Source: Octopus sinensis (lineage: Eukaryota). Taken from it: a stretch of 64,000 nucleotides of DNA. The notes below the pieces were generated by a model, which made no database searches, was not told the origin of the DNA, and saw only the letters and a program-made list of their open reading frames with translations. Shown piece after piece: positions 38,408-51,140 of this stretch. The first letter of the stretch is position 1. Every line of letters begins with the position of its first letter. Location of the stretch: NCBI RefSeq assembly GCF_006345805.1, contig NC_042999.1, forward strand, positions 26,970,001 through 27,034,000. The letters are read 5' to 3'. Both the position numbers and the translations under genes were made by a program.

Positions 38408-38660
38408 CTCTCTTTTACTCTTTTACTTGTTTAAGTTATTTGACTGCGGCCATGCTGGAGCATGGCCTTTATTCGAGGAAATCGACCCCAGGAATTATTC
38501 TTTGTAAGCCTAGTACTTATTCTATCGGTCTCAAACTACCGAACCGCTAAGTTACGGGAACAGAAACACAGGAGTATCGGTTGTCAATCGATGTTGGCAG
38601 GGGGGGGGACAAACACAGACACACAAATATATATATACGCGCGTGTGTGTGTGTGTGTTC
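38405..38660 (-). mobile_element. Family-2 SINE, 3' portion
   Basis: atttgactgcggccatgctggagca...cctagtacttattctatcggtctc...ccgctaagttacggg. Confidence 0.85.
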
Positions 38661-39306
38661 AGAGAAACTTGTAATCTGTTACTGTTAAATTTTGGCGTTT
38701 CCTTTTCACGTTTTGCAATAATGAGTTTAAGATGGTCATTTACTTTAAACTATGACATGTATTCCTTACCGTTTAGTTACCAATTTTGATCCTGCATTAC
38801 ACAATATTGCATTGTTAGCATTACCTCTACTTTATGTCTACAATTCTCTTGCATAGATATTCAATTCAATACGTAACAGAAGTTTTTGACATGTTAATTA
38901 TATGATCTAAATTACGTGTATGATTTCTAATTATTTGAAACCATTTTCTTAACATCGTACATAACTTTATCTGCGATAACGGAGAATTTCCTTGCTTTTT
39001 ATTTTCAAATTGTTGTTAACTTTGTCATCGTAGCAATACGTCAAAAACTATTTTCCAAATAGATAATAGCTTAACATAAATATTTGACAGTTCTTAATGG
39101 AAATCAGTAGTCAGTAATGTTTTCTAAACGTAGACACAAAACTTTTCATGGGAAGATCAGTACTCATTTAGTATTTATTTATGAATTCCAGAAGGTAAAA
39201 GAGCAAGATATTACTTAATATCTATTTAAAGCACAATGTAAGAGGACCTAACAAGATGATACAATGCATTTGATATTCCTTCTATTCTATTATTTCTGAT
39301 ATCCGC

Positions 39307-39364
<58 letters not shown>

Positions 39365-39384
39365 TTAGTAGTAGTATTTGTAGT

Positions 39385-39820
39385 ATTGAGTGAGAGAAGA
39401 GTGCATGCCATCAAAGTGATGGTAAAATATACGAAGCCCAGTATGCCCATCATGACTACCCGCCTAATAAGTGTATACTAGGCACATGCATCACAACCAT
39501 GTGTGCGCAACATGGTGATCTCATATCAAGATAAACAGCACATGACCTTGCAGATGGGGCCCAGTTAGAATTTTCTTTTGGTCGAGTAGTGCATCCCGTT
39601 CAAAAGGTCCCTGAATAAGGCTTGTTTAAGGATGTTGAATAAAACACCTATGTTTCCAGAGGTGAATTATTCAAACCCCAAAGAGTCCCTCTGAACACAT
39701 GACTATGATGCTCCCTCACTTCTTCCGCCCGTGATCAGAGATGCACATATCGTCAGCCACTAAGAGACATGCTGAACTGGGTAAGGTCAAACAACTGACA
39801 AGCAAATCTGCAATATTTTT
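39385..39820 (-). mobile_element. Third copy of the ~550-bp repeat, joined directly to a Dong RT fragment
   Basis: Reverse complement of ~4400-4815; junction at ...ggactacaaaaatattg|cagatttgcttgtcag on the minus strand. Confidence 0.8.
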
Positions 39821-41030
39821 GTAGTCCTATGTTGGATATTTTGTAATAGTTTTGTAGCCTGCACCATCTTCTATATGTTGTATGTATAACATATCTATGT
39901 CACATTTTGGGTGGTGCATCCTATATCCGGTCATTACTTTTCTTGTTTTCCTGTCTAATTTAATTAGTTCATTTAGTGTAAGTCAAGGGTATTGTAGCTA
40001 TAACTCATAACGGGGACAGCAAGAGTGTTGATACCTATTATCTTGTTTTTCGCATTCAGCTCTATTTTCAGTATTAATCGAACTCGTCTATAGTATTCTT
40101 TTTTATGTTCTCTTTCATTTGTGTGTGTTGTATCGTATTGAGTTCATTGGTTCCTAAGTATTTGTATGTCTGCATTTGGTCTAATTCTCTTAATTCATTT
40201 GCTTTATCGAGTGTCATATTGCTACTCTGAATTAGATTTCCTCTTTTCAAGTTTGCTTTGGCACATTTTTCTAAGCCAAATTTCCTGTTTTTGTTGTTGA
40301 TAAATCTTTATACAGTCTGTTGTAATGTTTCCAGCTGTTTGTCATTTCTATCTTACAGTTTTAGATCATCCACATATAAGAACTGGCTGATTGCTTTGCC
40401 GTAACAGTTTTGTCCACATCCAGTTCCGTTTAGCATGTCAGATAAAGCTGTGAGTGCCAAGCAGAAAAGTAGTGGAGAGAGCGTGTCTCCCTGGAGTATT
40501 CCTATTCTAATGGGGATGGCTCTGAGTTTTATGAGTTCTTCTTTTGTCTGAAACTGTAGCACTGCCTGCCATTAAGTTATTCAATGTGTTATCGATTTTA
40601 TGATTATTGACGCTACCTTGTTTATGGCTAGTGTTTCTAGGATCATATATGTGGATAATACTATCAAAAGCCTTTCGGTAATTGACCTAGGCATTACTTA
40701 GACCGTTCTTTTCTGCGGCCGCCTTCAATTAGAGCTTTATTCATCATTAGTAGATCTTTGCAGCATCCCTTCTCTTCTGGAAACAGGTTGTTTTCTTCCA
40801 GCTGCTTGTTCATTCTCTGCGATATCATCGCAGTAAAGGCTTTGTAAATTGTAGAGAGACTGGTTATTGGTCGGTAATTTTGTGGGTTTGCCGTTTCAGT
40901 GGATTGGGAATTAGGATGGTGTTCCCTTCCGTGAGATGTTCATGCATTGTCTCCCGCTCTGCTTGTATGTCATTAAATTTCGCAGCCCCCTTTTGTATGT
41001 GTTCCTGTCAGATATGTTAAACAGAAGTTG
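39821..41030 (-). mobile_element. Dong/R4-type RT fragment
   Basis: NYRPITSLSTIYK, GILQGDTLSPLLFCLAL, LYVDDLKL, YKYLG, KIELNAKNKIIGIN. Confidence 0.85.
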
Positions 41031-41103
41031 GGTATCTTATTATTATCTTGTTATTATTGTTATTTTCATCATCATCATCATCATCATCACCACCACCACC
41101 ACC

Positions 41104-41137
<34 letters not shown>

Positions 41138-41179
41138 TCATCATTATCATCATCATCATCATCATCATCATAATTATTA

Positions 41180-42400
41180 CCATTTTATATTCCTCACAGG
41201 TTTTGTTGGAGTATTGCATGCGTAGCGGGCTTACTTCCTGCAGCCAACTGTACCATTCTATTCGATCTTTTCAGCTATCTAATACTTTCCTGATTGTTCC
41301 GGCCGTGCCAAAGGGTAAAAACGTTTGTAACAATTCTACTGGGCACTCTATTCTAATTTCTTTTATATTATCTTTGATGCATTCTTATACTGTTCCAAGG
41401 ACTCAACATTAATTTGCACCATATATATTTACCTTCATTTTCTATAGCCGAGCTATTTCGTACTTGAGAGAGTTGTATCTATCCTTTTTTGCCTCCTTCT
41501 TGATTATTTGTTTGTCAAAGCGGCACGCAACATCAACTATATAGCATACGTGGTGCACCATGTCCACCACCACTAGGCCTGGTCTGTTTTGATTTAGGAA
41601 TTGATCTGTTTGGATTGGAGGGTTTTGCATGTCTCCAACCCAACCACTCTCAGCGTTTTTTGCTCATACTATATCTTGCCTTTATCTAGCCCCATCCAAT
41701 ATAGTACTTCCGCAACCTCATCGTGTCGCCACAACTTGTCATGGTTTGGGGCAAGTCTAGGCCATTCGTTCATGATATGGGCAATGGTTTCCTCTACTGT
41801 ATTACAGATGTAACAGAGCGGCGACACTTTTCATTCCTAAGGATGACTTTCCAGTTCGTGACCAAAGCTAGTTCCTGCTCTGCCAGTATAGTGATTTGGG
41901 TCTCTTTATATAGGGTTCCTTTCATCAGCCAATTGCACTTATTTTTGTGACTACCTGGAATTTGATTATGTAGTCCTTTCTTGCGTAATTCTCCTTGGTA
42001 TCTTTTTGTCCTTCTTCGTTTCCCCATTTTTCTTCTCTTCTGAATACTCTTTTGTTCCTCTCTCAAACAAGTTTTCCTTACATTGGGCTTGGTATCTCAT
42101 TAAACTCCCGAGATCGCTATGCAAGCAGCCTTACACACTTAATTGTCCCCTTCCTCCCTTTGCTCTCTTCATGTATAGGCGATCAGTGTCTGCACGTGGA
42201 TAATGTGCTCCATGCAAAGATAGGAGCTTTCATGACTTTCTGTCCATCTACTTTAGCTCATCCTCTGTTCATTTCAGGATTCCAATGCCATCACAAACTA
42301 CTATGACTGCGCGCGTGTTTATTGCCAAAATTATGTTTTTGGCATTAAGCTTTGAAGTCAATATTTTCCCCACTTACCACAGATACTCTCATCATTATTA
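41180..42400 (-). mobile_element. Dong/R4-type REL-endonuclease 3' fragment (another family)
   Basis: WLMKGTLYKET, IQTD..L.QNRP.LVVVD, IVDVACRFD, K..RYNSLKYEIARL. Confidence 0.75.
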
Positions 42401-42449
42401 TCCTTATTACTATTCCTATTAACAACAACAACAATAACTGCCCATATAT

Positions 42450-43020
42450 AATAGATACGATACAACACACACAAATGAATGAAAAAATAAAAAATACTAT
42501 AGACGAGTGAGATTAATACTGAAAATAGAGCTCAATGCAAAAACAAAACAAGATAATAGGTATAAACAATCTAGCTGCCCCAGTTATAAGTTATAGCTAC
42601 AATATCCATAACTGGACACTAAAACAAAATAATCAAAATACACAGAACGACAAGAAAAGTTATGACAAGATTTAGGATACACCACCCAAAATCTGACATA
42701 GAAAGTTTATACATACAACGTATAGAATGTGGTAGAGGCCTTATACAGCTAGAAAACTATTAGAAAATAACCACCATAGGACTACAAAAATACCTAATTC
42801 AGAAGAAGGGGAAACTAATACAAATAGCCATAAAACACGAACAAAACAAAAAACTGTTTTCAGTCTTTAAAGAAGTTGACAAATACAAACAAAATGTTAT
42901 AGTACTTAGTAACTATGCAGAAAATGAAGAAATAACAAAAGCTGTAAAACAAATGAAATCCAAACTAAAACTGAAACAGCAACAGATCATGATAAAATGA
43001 TGACAAGAAAAGCCTACTGG
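42450..43020 (+). mobile_element. Dong/R4-type RT C-terminal fragment, inverted relative to the 39.9-40.1 kb copy
   Basis: Nucleotide homology (tactatagacgagt..attaatactgaaaatagagct.aatgc) to the reverse complement of 39880-40140. Confidence 0.8.
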
Positions 43021-44653
43021 TCAAGGGCAGATTCTGCCGTCGAGAAACTAGGTCATGTTTCCTTTCCACACTTATTGGTTTATTTGATAAACCCATTAAT
43101 CGTAGTTTTCACCGGGGCGGTGAAGCTCTTCAATTTTTGCCGCTCCTAATCTCATCCTTTTCAATCCCCTACTATTTCCCTATGCGTCCTTACTATTCCA
43201 ATTTTCTTTTGTAATATTATTAATTTTGTTATATGCGTACATTGTTCTTTTTATATCTACATTATCATTTTTTTATCAATCATTTATTTATACGAATGTT
43301 ACTAGTATAATATTTTAATTATTAATGTTAATGGATAGGATGCTTTCATATAGTATTCTTGTATATCTATTTTATGGTATAGATACAATATCAGTGATGT
43401 ACGGATGTGAGTGCCTGTGTGTGTCTGTGTGTCTCTGTGTGTATGTAAATGTATATGTATCAAACTAAGTTCTATATTCATCGATAAATTGGTAGCTAAA
43501 TAGGTAGATAGTGATTGGAGGTGGACTGATTACTTCCACTGAAAAATGCACTTCGTTTTCAGCAACTACAAGTTTGACTTCCATGTATTTCTAACAACAA
43601 TTATCTTGAACTGCTGCCTGTAGTATCGGATTCAGATTTGGACACAAGGCCAAAATTTCGCAGAAGTGGTAAGTCGATTATTTCGATTATAGAGCTCAAT
43701 CAGTACATATTTTATTGACTCCCAATGGATGAAGCCAGAGAGTAAAGAAAGACGAAACGCCACTTCCAGGGTGATAAAATATGAATCATTTGAGCTCTGG
43801 GGTTGATGTAATCGACTAGTCCCTCACCCAATATTGCTGGCCTGGTATTTAACATTTGAAAGCAATATTAGTGGCAGGATTAAGGTAGCAAGCTGGTAGA
43901 ATATTTGGCAAGGTGTTTTGTGGCATTTCGTTCCTATTTCCAATCTGAGTTCAATTTCCGCTGCAGTCGACTTGGCCTGTCATCCTTTCGTGACCGATAC
44001 GATAAGTACTAGACAAGCACCTCAATCGATGTAATTGACAAATTCCGTTCCCACAATCTTTTCAAACCGAGTGTCTATAGTACAAAAGAATAATAATGCC
44101 AGTCATCCATTGGAGGTCGGTAAAATAAGTGCTAGTTGAACACTTGAGTCGATGTAATCGACTTTATCCCATTGCATTTGCTAGCCTTGTAGAAAATTTT
44201 AACCAATATTAATGGCAGTAGTAACTATTTTGGGCTCTGTTTAGTATGGAGTGTTACACTTAAAAGATAGCAGAGCATATAACAATGTATCCCTAGCAAA
44301 ATATTTGACACAGTAATTTACTTCTAAACCTTTAATGTACTTGGTAGTATATTATAGTTGCCAAACGAAATACGGTGTTCCTACAAGCAACTAATTCTGT
44401 AAGTACAAGTTGCCAGGAATTTGTTTGATATGAAAAATTGTTCTGTCGAATAGCGTCACACGACTAAACTTTGAAGACGGAGCAAACGCTTTGAAATATG
44501 CATATACACCTCTGATCTATTCTTCTATCTTCGATTACATGATTTTCATAGGTGTATTCGTATACGAGAAGTCGTAACTCTCAGTAGTGGCTCAAAAATC
44601 TATACAAAATTTGTAGGATACACTAAATCGTCTTATAAAAATAAACACATGTA

Positions 44654-44844
44654 TGAGGGGCTGCTGAAACATACCTGGATTTACGTGTATTGTGAAAGGC
44701 CTGGTTAGCCTAACATACAGGGCTTAGAAAACCTGAAGTACCGCTGCAATAAGCGTGTGAATTTGAGAGGGGAATATGTTGAATGAAACTCATCCTCCTG
44801 CATTTTCGTTTACCCAAAGACAGGAACTTTTCAGTACCACCTCG
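44654..44844 (+). mobile_element. Internally deleted mariner (MITE-like, ~190 bp)
   Basis: Imperfect TIRs tgaggggctgctgaaa / ttttcagtaccacctcg around a residual C-terminus GLENLKYRCNKRVNLRGEYVE*. Confidence 0.7.
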
Positions 44845-44899
44845 TGTTTATGTATACCCACTATGTATTTATTTATACATGTGTGTATATGTATTTATG

Positions 44900-44975
<76 letters not shown>

Positions 44976-45844
44976 CACGCATAAAACACCCAAACACATA
45001 CACAAACAGTCATACACAGACATGGAATAGATGTATGTGCATGAAATTAAGCAAAATATGGTAAATATGAAAAATTGTTTATCATATATCGAGTTACACC
45101 AATATAAGCATTCTCATTGCAAAAAGTGTTAGTTCCATCATGCAAATTATATAGTCAAAAAGTGTTATCTAGTTTTCAGAAATATGTACTCTATGCATAA
45201 TGTTACAAGCCTTTTGATATGTCGATGGAAATAGCCATTGTAGAAATAACAGTTAACCTTGTCTTAATCTGAAGTGGTTACTTCCGACTATGGTTCCAGA
45301 ATCAAGTTACGAGTGAGCTACTTGTAAAATAATGTTTATATTTCTCTAAAGTTTAACCAGACAGTTTGATTATAGGATTCTCATGATATAAACAATCAAT
45401 TTTTTTTGTGAATGGAACATTCGTAAAACAGCATAATTAAATAACTTACAAACAACGTCATATGTTTTGTTTTAGTATTTAAATATTCTCGTTATTCATT
45501 TTCACAGTAACACACAAATTTCGAAATACAGGTTATTATATGTCCAATTTAAAATTTAAATTTCACTGTAAATTGCACTATATACATACATACATGCATG
45601 TTACATACATAGAAACGTATATATATATATATTATATATATATATATACATATAAACGTAAATAAATGGTACAACAAAGTACCGATATTTACTGGAAAAT
45701 AGCGATCGTAATAAATATGACGCTATTGTATAGCTTCACTGCGTATATACAAGCAAAAACGTGTGTATACACACATACATACATACACATATACACACAC
45801 ACATATATAAACATATACATATATATGTATATAGATAAATATGC

Positions 45845-45890
<46 letters not shown>

Positions 45891-46274
45891 AAAGATAGAT
45901 AAATAAATGGATACATACATGCATAGATATAGATAGTGGGCGGTTGTTAGGTAGCTACGTAGATAGGTACGTAGGTATATATCTATGTGAGAGTAAATAT
46001 GTGTTAGTACATATTTTACAGGCAATGTACAAGGATTTATATAATGAAATATCACACGTTCGAGCAATATACATGTCATATAGAATATACCAAAAGAAGT
46101 AATAAGAATAATTTTAATCATTTGCATGGGAATCTTTATTTACATGTGCATAATTGATATCAATGATCACGATAATCCGCAATTACTAAATTTCTTGTAT
46201 TCTTCATCCGAAATAAGTAAGTCTAAGCGAGAATCGAACGCAAAATATCAGGTGCACACAAATACATACAAGTA

Positions 46275-46430
46275 TTTTTTCTACTCTAGGCACAAGGCTC
46301 GAAATATTGGGGGGGGGGGGTGCTAGTCGATTTGATCGACTACAGTACACAATTGGTACTTAATTTATCGACCCCGAAAGGATGTAAGGCAAAGTCGACC
46401 TTGACGGAATTTGAACTCAGAATATAACAT
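46275..46430 (-). mobile_element. Family-1 SINE, partial
   Basis: ggtacttaatttatcgaccccgaaaggatg.aaggcaaagtcgacc...aatttgaactcagaa. Confidence 0.85.
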
Positions 46431-46452
46431 ACAGAAAGTATTAACTTGATAT

Positions 46453-46843
46453 GGTTGGATGGAAGCACTCCGTCGGTTACGACGACGAGGGTTCCGGTTG
46501 ATCCGATCAACGGAACAGCCAGCTCGTCAAATTAACGTGTAAGTGGCTGAGCACTCCACAGACACGTGTACCCTTAACGTAGTTCTCGGGGATATTCAGC
46601 GTGACACAGAGAGTGACAAGGCCGGCCCTTTGAAATACAGGCACAACAGAAACAGGAAGTAAGAGTGAGAGAAAGTTGTGGAGAAAGAGTACAGCAGGGA
46701 TCACCACCATCCCTGCCGGAGCCTCGTGGAGCTTTAGGGGTTTTCGCTCAATAAACACTCACAACGCCCGGTCTGGGAATCGAAACCGCCATCCTACGAC
46801 CGCGAGCCTGTCGCCCTAACCACTGGGCCATTGCGCCTCCGCC
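46453..46843 (-). mobile_element. Family-3 tRNA-derived SINE, full length
   Basis: tRNA-like head (tggcccagtggttaggg A-box; ggtttcgattccc B-box); 11-bp TSD taacttgatat at 46442-46452 and 46844-46854. Confidence 0.92.
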
Positions 46844-47124
46844 TAACTTGATATACCACTACTAGAAACATGTCACTTTAATTTCGCCATAAAATTATTA
46901 GAGATAAAACAAGGAGCACATAAAAATTGTTCTCTGTTTTATCAACGTTCCGCAACTCCGTCACTCCCGCTGTTAGCTACGCTGTGAAAGTATTGATCGG
47001 AGTATTGGAAACCTGTAGCAAACGACGCTATTTCTTATATATTGTGATATAAAAATAAATACGCCTATCTATCGAACGATCTGTCTATCTATTTATCTAT
47101 CAATATATGTATATGCGTATATAT

Positions 47125-47190
<66 letters not shown>

Positions 47191-47643
47191 ATAATGACGT
47201 ATATATAGTCGTTACATTAACTGTTCATTTAATAAATGGTACAAAAAGATTATTGAAAGTAAGAAGCAATCTAGACATATAGAAATAGTAATTATATTTT
47301 CGTTATGTCCCATAACGTTTCGTAATTCTCTTCTTTGACATGATAATAGAGGAACAGATGAAGTTTTATTCTTTCTCATTATTTGATATTTTAAATATAT
47401 TATACTTTCCCTGGCTATTAACGCATTGCGCATTTTCAATCATTTTAAATCGGTCGATATTGAATATCACTTTAAACATTTTAATGCTATATATGGTGAG
47501 CGTGCACATTCATGCACGTATATACATATATAGATGCTCAGCACACACATACACACTCATATATATGTACACACATATATGCATACACACATATATGCAT
47601 ACACACATACATACATACATACATACATACATACATACATACA

Positions 47644-47675
<32 letters not shown>

Positions 47676-48423
47676 CTATATAAGTATGTGAATATATGTA
47701 TATCTGCAGGAATATCGAGTAATGTCGAATTACCAAACATTTTCTCAAACAGCCCATAACTAAGGGATCAAGGATGGAAAAATTCGGGCAATTTGACAAT
47801 TGGCCAGTGTTTTTCTTGGGAAGGTAAGGAAATATATTGGGAATCATCAGTTTCCCCTTTCATTTCATCTAAAATTAAATGCCCGAACAATCAATTCCCT
47901 ATATAGGCATCAACTGAAAATTAATGTGTAAATATGAACATCTTTTAAAAAGTAATAAAAAGTGAGTGCACAAACGTATTATCTGTAATGAAGTTTCAAC
48001 AGAAAATGTCTTTGCGTATGGTAGGCACGCGTATATGTGAATGTGCGCATGTGTGTGTATGTGTGCATGTGTGTGTCTGTGTGCGCGTGTATTTGATTAA
48101 AAGGGATCCATTAATGATCAGGTACATTAATGTGAATCAGGTGACAATTAATAGCTAGACCAGATCTCGCAGATCAGACAGTTAGGTAATCCATTATCAT
48201 AAGACAGAAGTTCACAGTTGTCTGGTAATCCAAACTCCAATTGTATCCAAGAATGTCACATTAGGGTTGGCCTAATATCATAATTAAAGGAGAAGGACGG
48301 GTTATCTGTTCCTGCTACAAGAAATTCCATTTAATGTCTTTGTGGTGAAGTAAACATCGTATACTCATAACGGACAAGTGAAAGATTTAAAGGAGCTAGA
48401 AACTCAGAATCAGTTACTCATTA

Positions 48424-48626
48424 ACTCTTTTACTTGTTTCAATCATTTGACTGCGGCCATGCTGGAGCACCGCATTATAGTTGAGTAAATCAACCCCAGG
48501 ACTTATTCCTTGTAAGCCTAGTACTTATTCTATCAGTCTCTTTTGCTGAACCGCTAAGTGACGGGGACGTAAACACACCAGCATCGGTTGTCAAGCAATG
48601 CTAGTGGGGCAAACACGAACACACAA

Positions 48627-48659
<33 letters not shown>

Positions 48660-48817
48660 CGACGGGCTTCCTTCAGTTTCCGTCTACCAAATCCACTCAC
48701 AAGGTTTTGGTCGGCCCGAGGCTATAGTACAAGACACCTGCCCAAGGTGCCACGCAGTGGGACTGAACCCGGAACCATGTGGTTGGTAAACAAGCTACAT
48801 ACCACACAGCCACTCCT
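48424..48817 (-). mobile_element. Family-2 tRNA-derived SINE, full length, with internal (CA)n/(TA)n tract
   Basis: Head aggagtggctgtgtggta...ggttcagtcccactgcgtggcaccttgggca; tail with cttttactt repeats. Confidence 0.9.
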
Positions 48818-49013
48818 GTTCAAAATGGGAAACCGTAAACGAAAGGTTCCATATAACACCTAAAAAACCAGGCAGTAGAAAATGAATTGTTGGTGCTCTT
48901 GTTAGTCATGCTGGTGTTGTTGTCGTTGGTCGTTCTGGTATGAGTATTCGGAAGGTTTTGAAGCTTTAACTGAAAACTGATCATAAAATTGTGAGCATAA
49001 ATAAACTCTGTTG

Positions 49014-49155
49014 TCTTGCAAACAACTTGCACATGCAAGTGCTACCAGTCAAAAGCTCCGTATACCGGAAGCCAGCAAGTGTATGGGGTTATCGGGAGAG
49101 AATGCGCGCCGTTTCGGGGCCTACAACTCGACGGCATCAATGCGCACCGGCCCCA
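49014..49155 (-). mobile_element. Orphan copy of the 3' UTR of the HERO-like element
   Basis: High similarity to 53701-53840, including the terminal acttgcacatgcaagt hairpin. Confidence 0.75.
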
Positions 49156-49214
49156 CTCACTGATTTAAGACGGCGAACTGACAGAATGGTAAGTGTACCG
49201 GGAAAAAATACTTA

Positions 49215-49350
49215 GCGGCCCTTCGTCCGTCTTTATGTTCTGAGTTCAAATTCCAGCAAGATGGACTTTGGTTTTGCTTCTTTCGGGGTCGACAGAATAA
49301 GTACTAGTTGAGCATGTCGGTTGATGGAATCGATTAGCCGATTCTTAAAA
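49215..49350 (+). mobile_element. Degenerate family-1 SINE
   Basis: gttctgagttcaaattcc...tttcggggtcga...taagtactag. Confidence 0.7.
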
Positions 49351-49876
49351 AATTACTAGCTTTGTGCATGTTGTAGAAACGATTGTGTATTTTATATTTG
49401 AAATAAAATTCAATTTCTTTAAAGTTTGATTTGTCACTATTTCCAGATCATTTTTATATACATCTAGCGATTGTGTAGACGCTGCATGGCTTCCTTCTTA
49501 TACACTATATATTGTATATATACATTTACAGATAGAGTGTGTGGATGAGAGAGATACAGAGAGTTTCGAAGAGGTGACAGGTGCTAGCGATTTAGAGAGT
49601 GTATTTGTATGTGGCTGCGTGTGTGTGAATATGTGTGTGCGTACATATGTACGTGCGTGGATGCGTGCGAATTTCTGTTAGAAATGTACATGCGTAAATA
49701 TCTAAATTAATGGTAATGTTACTATGAAGCAGTCTATTTCAAATTTAATTTTACTCCTTGTAAATAACCTAATAGTACTTCAGTTATTTATAGTCTCTCA
49801 GAAAACAATTTTCAAGGAATTCAATTCAATTTGTGGACATAAAGGGTAATGACACCTGATGTGTACTAAAGTGCAC

Positions 49877-49920
<44 letters not shown>

Positions 49921-50242
49921 ACACACACACGCACACACACACACGCACGCACACATACACACACAAACACAATCACATACACACGCACGCACACATACAC
50001 ACACAAACACAAACACACACACACATACACACACACATGCATACACAAAAGAGGCAGCGTATAAGTATGTGTATAAGTATGTGTGATCACAATATTTTTT
50101 TGAAGTACTATATTTTCCATTTATAAATAAGGAGTTGTTTTTGACACATATACAGAATACTTCAGAATATACATAGACGTATGCTTTCAAAACCCCACAT
50201 ATATATGTGCTATGTATAGTAATATTTGATATGTAGTATGTG

Positions 50243-50287
<45 letters not shown>

Positions 50288-50929
50288 ATAAATATATATA
50301 TATATATGAACACTTACATATAAAGCACGGTTAATATTTGTATATATTTATAAAAGAGAAATGTTTCACATACCGAGGCATCTTTTACATATACATACCC
50401 ATTTTTCTGATATCTACATACAGTTCTGTAGAAAATATCATTCATGAAATTACAGTCCCCATATTAATAAAGTTCAACTACTCTTTCGAAATTTTCCATT
50501 AGCGCTTTCTGAGAAAATGAGTAAACTTTGTTGTCATGGGATTCTAATAGAATAATCGGTTTTCCACGTGACCCTTTTAAACCAATCGATTTTAAAATTA
50601 TTCTTTTGTATTCTGTGAGTATGGAAGAGACGAACAATTACTTTCTAATTTCTAACATCGCTATCGTCTGGGATGTTATATCTTTGAGCTAGTAACTGAA
50701 TTCCAAACACCACTTTTACACTCTGTGAACATTCATTATGTAATCTAATCTATTCGGCCAACTTCTAAGCACATAAGCTTTTTATCTTGGGAAGAAGAGG
50801 GGGTGAATAATTTCTTAGTGAGATGCAACTTTTGATAAACTAATTTTCTACCATTATCGTGGCAATATCAGAAACTCGTTGGTTTTAAATGATATTATTT
50901 AATGTTAATTTTTGGTATGCTTGCATAAT

Positions 50930-51140
50930 GTGGTGATCTGGCAGAATCACTACCGCGTCAGATAAAATGCTTATTGGCATTTCATTCGTCTTTACTTTCT
51001 GAGTTCGAATACTATCAAAATCGACTTTGCTTTCATCCCTTCGGAGCTGATAATATGAGTACCTGCTGAGCACCGGGGTCGATGTAAATGACCTACCCCT
51101 CGACGTAATTTCTGGCCTTGTGCTAAAATTTGAAATCAGT
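50930..51140 (-). mobile_element. Degenerate family-1-related SINE
   Basis: Reverse-complement match to the family-1 core. Confidence 0.65.
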
